DNA of 64,000 bases from an uncultured archaeon (GCA_938034445.1 CALHLD010000004.1:64067-128066), one strand, 5' to 3'; counted from the first letter of the stretch, positions 9,736 to 19,920 are shown. Made by a program: numbers and translations. The notes: generated by a model from the sequence alone, not told the origin.

Positions 9736-10692
9736 TTGTGGATTAGTATGATGAGTTTTTTGCAGTCTGAAGAATATGATATAATAGTTGTTGGAGCAGG
9801 TCCAGCTGGCCTAACTTCAGCCTTATATGCTGGAAGAAGTGGAAGAAGGTGTATTGTTCTAGAAAAGTTTTATGTTGGCGGCCAGCTTCCACTTATAGAT
9901 GTTATAGAAAATTATCCGGGGTTTAAGAGAATAAGTGGTTCCGAGCTTGCTCAAAGGTTTGAGGAACAGGTTAGAGAATATGGTGTTCCTATAAAGATTG
10001 AGGAGGTTCTGAAAATTGTGGATAAAGGTGAAAGGAAGATTGTTAGCACCACTAATGGCGATTATGTTGGTAAGGCTGTTATAATAGCTACCGGAACTAA
10101 GCCTAAGCAGCTAAATGTTCCGGGTGAAAAGGAATTTTATGGTAAAGGTGTGTCATATTGTGCACTTTGTGATGGCTACTTTTTTAAGAATAAGGTTGTT
10201 GCTGTTATCGGTGGTGGCGATTCTGCAGTTAAGGAAGCTGTTTATCTTTCGAATTTGGCTAAAAAGGTCTACATTATCCACAGAAGAGACACGTTTAGGG
10301 CTGAAAAGGAGATTCAGAAAAAAGCTTTTGCAACAGAAAACATTGAAATTTTGTGGTCTACCGTCTTAACTTCTATTAATGGAGATAATTTTGTGAAAAG
10401 TATAACCTTAAAAAGTATAAAAGATAATAGAGAATATTCTCTGCCAGTTGATGGTGTTTTCGTTTACATTGGTTTCACGCCTTCTACAGAAATATTTGGA
10501 GGATTAAAAAATGATAAAGGTTTCATAGTCGTTGATGAGAACATGATGACATCTATACCTGGAATTTTTGCAGCAGGAGACTGTATTGTGCAATGTAAGG
10601 AAAGGGCTTGGGGCCAGATTTCGGTGTGTGTTGGTGATGGCGCTAAAGCAGCGATAGCTGCGGACGAATACGTTTCTAAAATGTCCCCTTAA
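9736..10692 (+). CDS. trxB: thioredoxin-disulfide reductase
   Basis: FAD site VVGAGPAGLTSA, redox CxxC in SYCALCDG, NADPH site AVIGGGDSAVKEA and FAAGDC. Confidence 0.85.
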   Translation: MWISMMSFLQSEEYDIIVVGAGPAGLTSALYAGRSGRRCIVLEKFYVGGQLPLIDVIENYPGFKRISGSELAQRFEEQVREYGVPIKIEEVLKIVDKGERKIVSTTNGDYVGKAVIIATGTKPKQLNVPGEKEFYGKGVSYCALCDGYFFKNKVVAVIGGGDSAVKEAVYLSNLAKKVYIIHRRDTFRAEKEIQKKAFATENIEILWSTVLTSINGDNFVKSITLKSIKDNREYSLPVDGVFVYIGFTPSTEIFGGLKNDKGFIVVDENMMTSIPGIFAAGDCIVQCKERAWGQISVCVGDGAKAAIAADEYVSKMSP

Positions 10693-10715
10693 ATAAATTA
10701 TTATGGTTTTAAAGG

Positions 10716-11438
10716 GTGAGCTTGTTGACTGAACTACTTTATCAAAAAGATAGTTACATGAGAAAATTTGAAGCAAAAATTTTAGAAATTAAAGATAACA
10801 GCATACTTCTTGATAGGACTGTTTTCCACCCCTTATCAGGTGGGCTTGATTCTGACAAAGGTATTATAAGATATGGTTGCGTAGAATATAATGTTGCTCA
10901 AGCATATATTGAAGGTGAAGATAATGTTTGGCATGTTCTTGAAGTAAGGCCTGAAGTTTGTGTAGGCGAAGTTGTGGAAGGTGTAATCAACTGGGAAAGA
11001 AGATATAAGCTTATGAAGCTGCATACTGCCTCACATATACTTTCCTCAATTATGTTCAATAGATACGGTGCACTCATCACTGGCGGGCACATTGATGTTT
11101 TTCATGCAAAGGATGACTTTAACCTTGAATCTTCCGAAAGGTCTATATTTGAAGAAGTGGTTGAAGAAACAAATAAGGTTATTAGAAAATGTTTGGATGT
11201 TAAAATATATTTTCTTGACAGAGAAAAAGCTTTGAATATTCCAGGCATTGTTAAGCTTGCTCAAAGGATGCCTCCGAATGTTAAATTTTTAAGAATTGTT
11301 GAGATTCCTGGCATTGATATACAAGCTGATGGCGGCCCCCATGTGAAAAATACTTGTGAAATTGGTGAAATTGTTCTGGAAAGGGTTGAAAATAAGGGTA
11401 AAGGTCGCAAGAGAATCTACTATAAGTTAAAAGAATAA
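10716..11438 (+). CDS. alaX: AlaX-M alanyl-tRNA editing (trans-editing deacylase) protein
   Basis: HTASHIL zinc-binding motif and GGPHV motif, 240 aa. TTG start; the ATG at 10758 is an alternative. Confidence 0.75.
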   Translation: MSLLTELLYQKDSYMRKFEAKILEIKDNSILLDRTVFHPLSGGLDSDKGIIRYGCVEYNVAQAYIEGEDNVWHVLEVRPEVCVGEVVEGVINWERRYKLMKLHTASHILSSIMFNRYGALITGGHIDVFHAKDDFNLESSERSIFEEVVEETNKVIRKCLDVKIYFLDREKALNIPGIVKLAQRMPPNVKFLRIVEIPGIDIQADGGPHVKNTCEIGEIVLERVENKGKGRKRIYYKLKE

Positions 11439-11442
11439 ATTT

Positions 11443-12279
11443 ATGGGTAAACCAATTTTCCGTATGGGAAGGCCTATAGTTCTCCTTACTGATTTTGGCG
11501 AAGGAAGCATATTTGTTGGTGAAATGAAGGGTGTAATATTGAAAATTAATCCTAATGCTACAATTTTAGACCTTACAAATAATATTAGGCATCAAAACGT
11601 TTTTCAAGCAGCTTTTCTTTTAAAATATTCGTACAAATATTTTCCAAAAAACACAATCTTCCTGTGTGTTGTTGATCCTGAAGTTGGTTCTGGGAGGAAA
11701 CCTCTCGCTATAAAGAGTCGAAACTATTATTTTATTGGACCCGATAATGGTCTTCTTTATCCTGCAGCATTCTCGGATGGGATTAGACTAATAGTTTCTC
11801 TAAAAAATAAGAAATATTTTCTTGAAAGTGTGTCTTATACTTTTCATGGTAGGGACGTGTTTGCTCCTGTCGCAGCCTATATTTCGAAGGGTGTTTCAAT
11901 AAAAAATCTTGGTCCAACAGTTTCGTCTATTAAGGAACTGTCTTTTGAGGAGCCAAAATTTGACGTAGATGGTTATCTTGTTTGTAAGGTTATGTACATT
12001 GATAGTTTTGGAAATGTTATAACGAATTTGGAAGAGTATAAATTTCATAAACTAATTTTAGATTATAATCTTACAAAAACTTCTAGTTTATGCGTTTTTG
12101 TTAGCCAAAAGTTTTATGAGGTTAGAATGGTAAAATATTATTGTGAGGTTGGAGAAGGTTCTCCTTTGGCACTTTTTAACAGTTTTGGATTGCTTGAGCT
12201 TTCAATAAATAAGGGGGATGCTTCCGAATATTTTTCTTTAAGAGAGGGTGATGTTTTTAAAATCAAATTTTGTAAATAG
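11443..12279 (+). CDS. SAM hydroxide adenosyltransferase (DUF62 / SAM hydrolase, fluorinase-like) family protein
   Basis: N-terminal LLTDFGEGSIFVGEMKGVI and ILDLTNNI motifs typical of PF01887, 278 aa. Confidence 0.65.
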   Translation: MGKPIFRMGRPIVLLTDFGEGSIFVGEMKGVILKINPNATILDLTNNIRHQNVFQAAFLLKYSYKYFPKNTIFLCVVDPEVGSGRKPLAIKSRNYYFIGPDNGLLYPAAFSDGIRLIVSLKNKKYFLESVSYTFHGRDVFAPVAAYISKGVSIKNLGPTVSSIKELSFEEPKFDVDGYLVCKVMYIDSFGNVITNLEEYKFHKLILDYNLTKTSSLCVFVSQKFYEVRMVKYYCEVGEGSPLALFNSFGLLELSINKGDASEYFSLREGDVFKIKFCK

Positions 12280-12322
12280 AAAGGTTAATATCTTAAGTAG
12301 CTTTCCCTATTGTAGATATTAG

Positions 12323-12943
12323 TTGAACCATAACATCCAAGATGTTGTATGCATTGTTTTAGCTAATGAATTCACATACTTACCTTTACCTGATAGATTC
12401 TATTCCTCTAATGCAGAATCTTCTGTGCTAGAGTATATGCTTGACTCTATATGGACTGTATTTGACAAAATATTGGTTGTATCCTATATAGAACCCCCTC
12501 TAGAAATTGTTGAAAGAACAAATTCTGTTGGTGCAAGGATTATTATGGTAAAATCATCATCCCCTACTGAAGCGCTTAAATCTTCTATAGAGAATGTCTT
12601 TGCACCTATTACATTTGTTATAAGCGGTGATAGGCCTCTAATTAAACCGAATGTACTCTTCTCCATAGGATATGGTATAAAAAATTTTGACTGCCTGGTA
12701 CCTAAGTGGAATAATGGTCAATTTGATGTCTTTCTTGCAGCATACCGAACTGATAAGCTAAAAGATTTCCTATACTCCCAAAATGTTTCATTAAAGTTTG
12801 AGCAATTTCCTAACTTACTTGAAAATGCATCATTTATTTCTATAGAAGACGATCTTAAGTCTCTTGATCCTGAGCTTCACTCTTTCATCAGAATTGAGGA
12901 CGTAAATGATATAAAGAAGATAGTTAAAATAATCAAAGACTAA
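12323..12943 (+). CDS. hypothetical protein, possibly an NTP-transferase fold (MobA/CofC-like)
   Basis: Weak pattern only: VISGDRPLIKP resembles the GDMP loop of MobA-like nucleotidyltransferases, but no canonical N-terminal G-rich loop is present. 206 aa. Confidence 0.3.
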   Translation: MNHNIQDVVCIVLANEFTYLPLPDRFYSSNAESSVLEYMLDSIWTVFDKILVVSYIEPPLEIVERTNSVGARIIMVKSSSPTEALKSSIENVFAPITFVISGDRPLIKPNVLFSIGYGIKNFDCLVPKWNNGQFDVFLAAYRTDKLKDFLYSQNVSLKFEQFPNLLENASFISIEDDLKSLDPELHSFIRIEDVNDIKKIVKIIKD

Positions 12944-12945
12944 GA

Positions 12946-13503
12946 TTATAGCATTATTATTGTATCAAATTTTTTTAATAGCATCTGTACAAGAAGTTTT
13001 TCTTTTAATGTTAATCCTGAACCCTTGTCATCTGACAAGGTATTACCATAGTATGCGTTTGCTATGAAAGTTTTAGCCTTTCCCATTATATCAAAAATTT
13101 TGTTAACTTCTCCCGCATGTAGATATAATGTTAGATCATTTATGATGAGAATTTCAGTTGGGTTATTTAAGTATTCTTCCAAAAATTTTTCAACTATCTC
13201 CCTATTCCTTCTTGCTATTTCAAGTACTTCTGTTGAATTTTTTCCTTCAATTCTCGGCCCCCTTATTTTTTCACTAAAAAAGTATCTTACATTCTTAACA
13301 TTTTCTGTATAAGCTGACAGTCTTGCACCAATATCTTTTGTTGAAGGTGCCATATCAATTACTGTAATATATTTTGAAAATCCATGTAATATAAGTTCAT
13401 CAAGTAATTTTGCAGTAAGGCTTGTCTTGCCTTTTCCAACATCACCAATAATAAAAATTTTCTTATTAAGTATATTATCAACTTCTAAACCAGTATATTC
13501 CAT
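12946..13503 (-). CDS. small P-loop NTPase (kinase/ATPase) of unknown specificity
   Basis: Walker A GDVGKGKTS near the N-terminus and a Walker B-like ILIINDLT, 185 aa. Confidence 0.5.
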   Translation of the reverse strand: MEYTGLEVDNILNKKIFIIGDVGKGKTSLTAKLLDELILHGFSKYITVIDMAPSTKDIGARLSAYTENVKNVRYFFSEKIRGPRIEGKNSTEVLEIARRNREIVEKFLEEYLNNPTEILIINDLTLYLHAGEVNKIFDIMGKAKTFIANAYYGNTLSDDKGSGLTLKEKLLVQMLLKKFDTIIML

Positions 13504-13506
13504 GCA

Positions 13507-14037
13507 CTACTGTTCTCCAAAAACAATTTTAAGGACTCCCATCCTATAAAGAGCTAATGATATAATTGCTCCCAAAATACATCCTATTAAAGAACTTATA
13601 AGCCAACCAGAATATAGCATAAGAATGCTCGCAAACACCAATTGCATGCTCTTTCCCGTAAATGGGTCAATAATGAACCATGATATTGTCCCTCCAACAA
13701 GCACGGTCCCAATCGGTTCCATAAGAGCTGACATCACAATAGCCTTCTCTTTAGCAACAGCCCTCCTCAACATAATATAAGATATTCCGACAACAAACCC
13801 TCCGGGTATACCTCCAGGATATGCGAAAAAGGATCCAGTACCCATCATTATCCTAATTGTTCCCACTATTAATGCTATAAAAACTGCCCAAAATGGTCCT
13901 AAAGTTATTCCAGCAAGAACGTTAATAAAATGTTGTCCTGGAAATGCTTTAGTTATACCCCATTGAAAATATAATGGTGAAATCACAATAGCTAACGCAG
14001 AATATACTGAAGCAAAGGCCATTTTCCTTCTATTCAT
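13507..14037 (-). CDS. thiW: ThiW-like thiazole (HET) transporter S-component
   Basis: 176-aa, 5-6 TM small membrane protein overlapping the end of thiDN by 8 nt. The call rests on gene context with thiD and cytX plus size and topology. Confidence 0.5.
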   Translation of the reverse strand: MNRRKMAFASVYSALAIVISPLYFQWGITKAFPGQHFINVLAGITLGPFWAVFIALIVGTIRIMMGTGSFFAYPGGIPGGFVVGISYIMLRRAVAKEKAIVMSALMEPIGTVLVGGTISWFIIDPFTGKSMQLVFASILMLYSGWLISSLIGCILGAIISLALYRMGVLKIVFGEQ

Positions 14038-15406
14038 TATCTGACACCCTCGAATATTCTTTTGCTATAGAAATCACCTTTTCTACAACCTCAATCGCAT
14101 CTCTGCCTAAAACTCTTATCATAGGCTCCTTGCCAACATCACCGGTATCATATATTATATCTGGCACCTTACCATGTCTTAAAATCGCCTCTCTAACCCC
14201 CCATGGTAGGCTTCCCCCCTCAACCTTCTTAACTTCTTCAGGCTCACCTTTTCTATCAAAGTGCGAAATCTGTAGTCCAAGTTTTCTGCATATTTCAACA
14301 ATTTTTGGCGAATATCTTATGTTCATACATGCTCTATATTGTGGATCATGTTTTATTACTGCAAGAACAATCCTTGCCACATGAGATGAGGCACCAAATT
14401 CAGGTTTTCCAACAGCTTTAACATGATCCTTAACTTTCACTATCCTACCCGCAATTCCTGCAACATCAAAGACACTTTTTGCATACTCATATGATAGACT
14501 TTCCACAAGATTACTCTGTACTTCTGGAATAAGATGTACTACCTCAGTACTCTTTTCAAGTTTTTCTACTGCATTCGAAAGTCTTTCTAATATCTGCAAT
14601 TTTTCAGAATCAATGTAAAGTTTTGCTAGAGGATTTATTGGTCCATGTCCTCTGCCCACATTTATTCCAAACTCTACAGCATACCTAATGTACTCTTTAG
14701 CCCTCTTAACTGCCTCAACCAAATCTAGTCCTTTGGCTAAGCATGCTGTTATAGCGGCTGAAAACCCACACCCTGTCCCATGTGTGGTCTTAGTCTCAAA
14801 CCTTTCACCTTCCATTTCAAAAAATTTCCCATTATAATATAATATGTCGACAGCCTTTTCCTTTAATCCAGCATGTCCCCCCTTTACAACCACAGCCTCA
14901 CATCCTAATGAAGCAATCTTTTTTGCAGCATTTCTCATGTCTTCTAATGTGCTAACTTGAATTCCGGATAAAACTTCTGCTTCCATAGCGTTTGGTGTAA
15001 CAACTTTGGCTACAGGTATAAGGTGCCTTATTAGAGCTTCCTCTGCCTCTTTTTTAAGTAGCCTTGCACCACTTTTTGCAACCATCACCGGATCTACAAC
15101 AAGAGGGAAACCATATTTGTTAACTTTTTTTGACACCAACTCAATTACTTCTGAACGGTGAAGCATTCCTGTTTTTGCGGCGTCAACACCAATGTCCTCT
15201 ACAACCACATCAATCTGTTTTTCAATAATATCTAAATCGATGTCACTTATTCCAAAAACTCCGACTGTATTTTGTGCTGTAATCGCTGTTATAGCGACTG
15301 TCCCATGTACGTTAAATGCTGCAAAAGTTTTTAAATCAGCTTCTATTCCTGCCCCACCACCCGAATCGCTTCCAGCAATGCTCATAGCAACATAAGTCCT
15401 TTTCAT
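14030..15406 (-). CDS. thiDN: bifunctional ThiD-ThiN: HMP/HMP-P kinase fused to the archaeal ThiN thiamine-phosphate synthase domain
   Basis: N-terminal [24 protein letters not shown]...ITAQN is the ThiD signature. A C-terminal extension of about 130 aa follows, as in archaeal ThiDN. 458 aa. Confidence 0.85.
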   Translation of the reverse strand: MKRTYVAMSIAGSDSGGGAGIEADLKTFAAFNVHGTVAITAITAQNTVGVFGISDIDLDIIEKQIDVVVEDIGVDAAKTGMLHRSEVIELVSKKVNKYGFPLVVDPVMVAKSGARLLKKEAEEALIRHLIPVAKVVTPNAMEAEVLSGIQVSTLEDMRNAAKKIASLGCEAVVVKGGHAGLKEKAVDILYYNGKFFEMEGERFETKTTHGTGCGFSAAITACLAKGLDLVEAVKRAKEYIRYAVEFGINVGRGHGPINPLAKLYIDSEKLQILERLSNAVEKLEKSTEVVHLIPEVQSNLVESLSYEYAKSVFDVAGIAGRIVKVKDHVKAVGKPEFGASSHVARIVLAVIKHDPQYRACMNIRYSPKIVEICRKLGLQISHFDRKGEPEEVKKVEGGSLPWGVREAILRHGKVPDIIYDTGDVGKEPMIRVLGRDAIEVVEKVISIAKEYSRVSDNE

Positions 15407-16680
15407 TACATCCTCACCTTCCTAGCAAGGGTATATATTGTAAACGCTATAACAAGTGATGGTATAGTTCCACCTAACCCTATAATGTAAGAAAAATACC
15501 AATATGATATGAAGCCAATAATCCATGAGAAGATTGCTATAAAATTGATTCTATGACTTGAAGAAAAAAAGGAATTTATATTATATTTTCCACGATTTAT
15601 TATAAAATAGTCTGAGAAGACAATACCGAAAACTGGTATGAACGACGCTCCAATAAGTAGAAGAAACCATTCATATGCCATTATTGGAATAGATAATGCT
15701 ATAGATGTTGAAATAACTGTTATGAGAAGGCCAATAAACCACTGTTTCTGTCTAGAAAATATATTCTGGATCGAAACCGCCGCGGAATATATGTCTGCAA
15801 AAGCATTGTCTGTCTCATCTACAAGTAGCGCTAAAAGTGCTATGTTTCCAAGTAACATTAGTGCAATAGAATAGATTATTGTCTCTGTACCACCAATAAT
15901 AGCAAGAACTGAACCCAGTGCATAGAACCATACGTTAGCAAAGGTGTATCCTAAGAATGTTCCAATGAACCCTCCTCGTTTAGTTGATGCAAATCTTGTA
16001 TAATCTGAAACGAGAGGCATCCATGAAATTGGCATGGCCACAACAATATCAAAAGCTATTAGAAGTGTATTTGCTTCAACATATCCTATATTTAGGTTGA
16101 TTTGTTGTTGCAATGCCAAATAAGTTATCCAACATGTAGTAGCAAGACTTATCCACAATGCAACCTTTTCAAGCCATTGTCTTATTACGATAAGAGGTCC
16201 AAGTACCATCATAAGATAGCATATTATCGCAAAAAATATTGTCCAAAAGACTTTTGTTAAATCTCCAAAAAGTTGGCCAGAAATAGTTTGTGCTGCTTCA
16301 CTCATTATTATTAGCTCAAACGCTGTCCATCCGACTAACTGGATAACATTTAATATTGTAGGTATATAGGATCCCTCCTTACCAAATATTGGTCTTAAAC
16401 TGACCATTGTTGGAATTCCATAGGACGTTCCAATTAAGCCATTTAAAGCCAGAATTAGGCTTCCAGCAGCAGAGCCCAATACAGTTATAATTATAGCATA
16501 TGATAAGGGTAGCATAAGACTTTGTGTCAAAAGCGCTCCTGCTTGAAGTACAAGCAATCCTATGGAGAGGCTTGTCCAGAAGACAAAAATATCTACAGCC
16601 CTTAACTTCCTCATATGTTCTGGAACGGGTTCGATTCCCCATTCTGGAGGTGGTCTTATGAATCCCATTTTCGACATCAT
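15406..16680 (-). CDS. cytX: NCS1-family permease, CytX-like (probable hydroxymethylpyrimidine transporter)
   Basis: 12-TM NCS1-like topology, immediately upstream of and co-directional with thiDN. The track start at 16758 translates AT-rich promoter DNA; the ATGATG at 16680 (MMSKMGF) is the likely start. Confidence 0.7.
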   Translation of the reverse strand: MMSKMGFIRPPPEWGIEPVPEHMRKLRAVDIFVFWTSLSIGLLVLQAGALLTQSLMLPLSYAIIITVLGSAAGSLILALNGLIGTSYGIPTMVSLRPIFGKEGSYIPTILNVIQLVGWTAFELIIMSEAAQTISGQLFGDLTKVFWTIFFAIICYLMMVLGPLIVIRQWLEKVALWISLATTCWITYLALQQQINLNIGYVEANTLLIAFDIVVAMPISWMPLVSDYTRFASTKRGGFIGTFLGYTFANVWFYALGSVLAIIGGTETIIYSIALMLLGNIALLALLVDETDNAFADIYSAAVSIQNIFSRQKQWFIGLLITVISTSIALSIPIMAYEWFLLLIGASFIPVFGIVFSDYFIINRGKYNINSFFSSSHRINFIAIFSWIIGFISYWYFSYIIGLGGTIPSLVIAFTIYTLARKVRM

Positions 16681-16773
16681 TGTTGCTACAAATAATTTTA
16701 TAAATATATTTATAAACGGTTTATAAATGGGTTGTAAAAAGGTTATAATAGTGTTCACATCATTGTGTGTTGC

Positions 16774-17730
16774 ATGAAAAAAGTCGGGATAGCATACGGT
16801 GATGCACTATTAGGATATTCGTTTGGGATAGACCATCCAATGAACTTTTATAGAATAAAGCATTTTTACAAGATGTTTGAAAAAACTTTCATAGAAGGCT
16901 CAAGATTAGATGAAATACTTTTGATACAACCTGTAATAGCTGATGAAAATGTAATACGCTTATTTCATACTAAAGAATATGTTGATTTCGTTAAAAAGGC
17001 CTCGATAAGTGGCTACGGTTACCTCGATTACGGTGATACTCCTGCCTTTAAGGGTGTATTTGAAGCGTCATCTTATGTTGTCGGTACAACCATAGAATGT
17101 GCTGAACAGATTATAGAGGGCAATGTTAGGTTCGCCTTTAACCCAATGGGAGGCCTTCATCATGCGAGAAGAGATTCCGCTGCAGGCTTTTGCGTGTTTA
17201 ATGATATAGGTGTTTTAATAGAATATCTAAGAAAAAAATATGGTATAAATCGTTTCTTATATGTTGATATTGACGCCCATCATGGTGATGGCGTTTTCTA
17301 CGAATTCTATAATGATAAGGATGTGCTGATAGTTGACGTTCATGAAAATCCGCGAACCCTTTATCCTGGTACAGGATATGAGGAAGAGGTAGGCGAAGGC
17401 GAAGCAGTCGGCACTAAAATGAATATTGTGTTGGCTGCTGGATCAGATGATACAGTTTTCTATAAAAAGTTTGATAAAATAAAAGATTTTATTGTGAACT
17501 CAAGTCCAGATTTTATAATATTCCAGAGTGGAGGTGACGCGCTTAAAGGTGACCCTATAACACATTTGAAATTGACACCAAAGGTGCATTATGATGTCGC
17601 CTTATTTCTTAAAGAATATGCTAAGAAAGTTGGCTGTCTGGGCCCTCTTGCATTAGGCGGTGGAGGCTACAACAATATTTCTACCTCACAAGGCTGGATT
17701 AATGTTATAAATGCTTTCTTGCAGGATTAG
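16774..17730 (+). CDS. histone deacetylase / acetoin-utilization (AcuC) family amidohydrolase
   Basis: DIDAHHGDG and HHARRDSAAGFC active-site motifs. The ATG at 16765 is an alternative start. Confidence 0.8.
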   Translation: MKKVGIAYGDALLGYSFGIDHPMNFYRIKHFYKMFEKTFIEGSRLDEILLIQPVIADENVIRLFHTKEYVDFVKKASISGYGYLDYGDTPAFKGVFEASSYVVGTTIECAEQIIEGNVRFAFNPMGGLHHARRDSAAGFCVFNDIGVLIEYLRKKYGINRFLYVDIDAHHGDGVFYEFYNDKDVLIVDVHENPRTLYPGTGYEEEVGEGEAVGTKMNIVLAAGSDDTVFYKKFDKIKDFIVNSSPDFIIFQSGGDALKGDPITHLKLTPKVHYDVALFLKEYAKKVGCLGPLALGGGGYNNISTSQGWINVINAFLQD

Positions 17731-17733
17731 TGG

Positions 17734-19335
17734 CTACATTACCGGTGAAATTGAAGTAAGAATTGCTGAATACATCATCGCAGTTGCTATAACCTGCTCT
17801 GTTATAGAACCTGTTTTTGTGAAAATGGTTGAGGCTATAATATCTAAACCGATTTGAAGTATTGCGAACATGTAAACTACTATAAGTAAGTATCCTACCA
17901 TTCCACCTGAATATCCTAATAATATAAAAAATATTGAAATCGAAGAATAAAAAGCAACGAGTCCTAAAATTCTTAAAATTATGGGTGTAAAGAATTTAAG
18001 CCACTTTTTGCTCATTAAAGCATTTACTAGAACTCTGAAAAAGAGTTCATTAAAGAATGTATAAGGCAATATTATAAAAATTGATGATAGAAAGTAAGGG
18101 TATCTGTGAAATGATAACTGTATGTTTAGAAAGTTTTTGAACATAAATATGTATGTTAAATATGTTAATGTAAAAAAAGATAATGATATTATAATCCTTT
18201 TAATTAAATTGTCTGTTTTACAATACTCTTTTAAAATCAATTTTACCGATATTTTTGAATCTTTTTTATAAATAATAAGTATTAAAAATATGGTTATAAT
18301 TTGTGTGTAAAAGAATGCTATAATAAAATCTGAAATAAATAGTGGTAATATTATTGAAAGTGGTGTTTGTAAAAGTAATGCTATTGGGGCAGTTAAAAAT
18401 GTTAATATAACGTATGCTATTATTGGTTTTCTGCTTAAGTTTTTAAACAAATTTTCACCTTTAAACAATTTAGATGGAACAAGTTTAATCGCTAAAATTA
18501 GGGCAGAAAATGTTAGAATAGAGGTTGATATATAGCATATTAATCTTTGAATAGTCGATACTCTTACGATTTTTAAATTATAGAATTCTGTTACCCAAAC
18601 AACAACCTTATTTACGCTTTCTTCAGCGTAAAGGATTGTTAAATGGTCATTTAATTCACTTACATAAAATTCTTTTGCACTATTTTCTTCAAAGCTACCA
18701 TACATTTTACCAAAAGTAATATTCTTTAACCCTGTCACATTCTCGAATGCCATTAGACATCTTCTTATGTCAACTATTTCATCATTTTTTCCATTTAAGA
18801 CTAGAAGGTTTACCTTAATTTTATCATCAAGGATTTGAGCTGTAGGGCTTGAACCTAAAAGTATAATGCACTTTATTCTCGTATCATTTTTTGCTATCAT
18901 CTGTGCGTAGCCGCCACCCATACTATGTCCAATTATCGCTATCGAATCTGTTTTCGCACCAAACTCTTTTGCCTTATCAACAGCGAGTAAGAAATCCTTG
19001 TACGCTTTTTGAACGTTTTCATAAAGGCCTCCTATACTTTTACCATGTCCTGGAATATCGTAGACTATAGTCATGACACCATTTTCAGCTAAAGCTGAAG
19101 CCATCATATCCATCATTTCTGAGCTTCCGCCGAATCCGTGTAACAGTATTGCTAGATGTGCTTCTCCCATATTTTTCGGTATGTATATTTTGTAATGTAT
19201 TCTTCCATTATCTAAACTTCCTTCATGGACATCGAATCTTTCATTTATTTTATGACTGTAGATGTTTAAAAAAACTAATATTATTAGGATTATAGTTAAT
19301 AAAATTACATCGCTTTGCCTAAATGTTTTCTGCAC
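17734..19335 (-). CDS. fusion protein: N-terminal signal anchor plus alpha/beta-hydrolase domain, then a C-terminal polytopic (about 8 TM) membrane domain
   Basis: HGFGGS oxyanion motif and GHSMGGGYA nucleophile elbow in the N-terminal half. The C-terminal 280 aa are very hydrophobic and contain a CPBP-like NELFFR segment. Confidence 0.6.
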   Translation of the reverse strand: MQKTFRQSDVILLTIILIILVFLNIYSHKINERFDVHEGSLDNGRIHYKIYIPKNMGEAHLAILLHGFGGSSEMMDMMASALAENGVMTIVYDIPGHGKSIGGLYENVQKAYKDFLLAVDKAKEFGAKTDSIAIIGHSMGGGYAQMIAKNDTRIKCIILLGSSPTAQILDDKIKVNLLVLNGKNDEIVDIRRCLMAFENVTGLKNITFGKMYGSFEENSAKEFYVSELNDHLTILYAEESVNKVVVWVTEFYNLKIVRVSTIQRLICYISTSILTFSALILAIKLVPSKLFKGENLFKNLSRKPIIAYVILTFLTAPIALLLQTPLSIILPLFISDFIIAFFYTQIITIFLILIIYKKDSKISVKLILKEYCKTDNLIKRIIISLSFFTLTYLTYIFMFKNFLNIQLSFHRYPYFLSSIFIILPYTFFNELFFRVLVNALMSKKWLKFFTPIILRILGLVAFYSSISIFFILLGYSGGMVGYLLIVVYMFAILQIGLDIIASTIFTKTGSITEQVIATAMMYSAILTSISPVM

Positions 19336-19425
19336 AAAATGATTTCGTTTAATTTATATTTATATATTTATAATTTACAGAAAACCTTATAGTTAGGATA
19401 AAATTTATTTTTTACCAAAATAATA

Positions 19426-19920
19426 TTGTCCGGTATGATTGAATTAAAGGTTGTGGATATCGATGTTCCAGATGGAGTTAACGTAATACTTGGGTCAACA
19501 CATTTTATAAAGTCTGTTGAAGACATTTACGAGGCTATAGCAAATAGTGTTCCAGGAGCCAAGTTTGCGGTTGCATTCTGTGAAGCTTCAGGTAAGAGGC
19601 TTGTCAGAAGCGAGGGTAATGATTTAGAACTGCAATCTCTAGCTGAAAAGAATGCTTTGAAATTATCCTGTGGCCACACATTTATTGTGTATTTAAAGAA
19701 TGCTTATCCAATAAATGTGCTCGAGAAAATAAAAAATGTTTATGAAGTGTGCTCTATTCATGCGGCTACTGCAAACCCGTTGCAGGTTATTGTTGCTGAA
19801 ACAGGTCAGGGTCGTGGTGTGCTCGGTGTTGTTGACGGCTTTTCTTCCCTCGGAATTGAGGGTGAGGATGATAAGCGGGAGCGTAAGGAATTTTTAAGGA
19901 AAATTGGGTACAAACTTTAG
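19426..19920 (+). CDS. adenosine-specific kinase family (PF04008-like) protein
   Basis: Pattern [18 protein letters not shown]...[14 protein letters not shown]...ATANP...[15 protein letters not shown], recalled as characteristic of this small archaeal family. 164 aa. Confidence 0.45.
   Translation: MSGMIELKVVDIDVPDGVNVILGSTHFIKSVEDIYEAIANSVPGAKFAVAFCEASGKRLVRSEGNDLELQSLAEKNALKLSCGHTFIVYLKNAYPINVLEKIKNVYEVCSIHAATANPLQVIVAETGQGRGVLGVVDGFSSLGIEGEDDKRERKEFLRKIGYKL

Noticed and set aside
16681-16773. TPP riboswitch in the cytX-thiDN-thiW leader
   Set aside because: The leader is under 100 nt and lacks the conserved CUGAGA/ACYUGA aptamer core. The region is AT-rich divergent promoter DNA.
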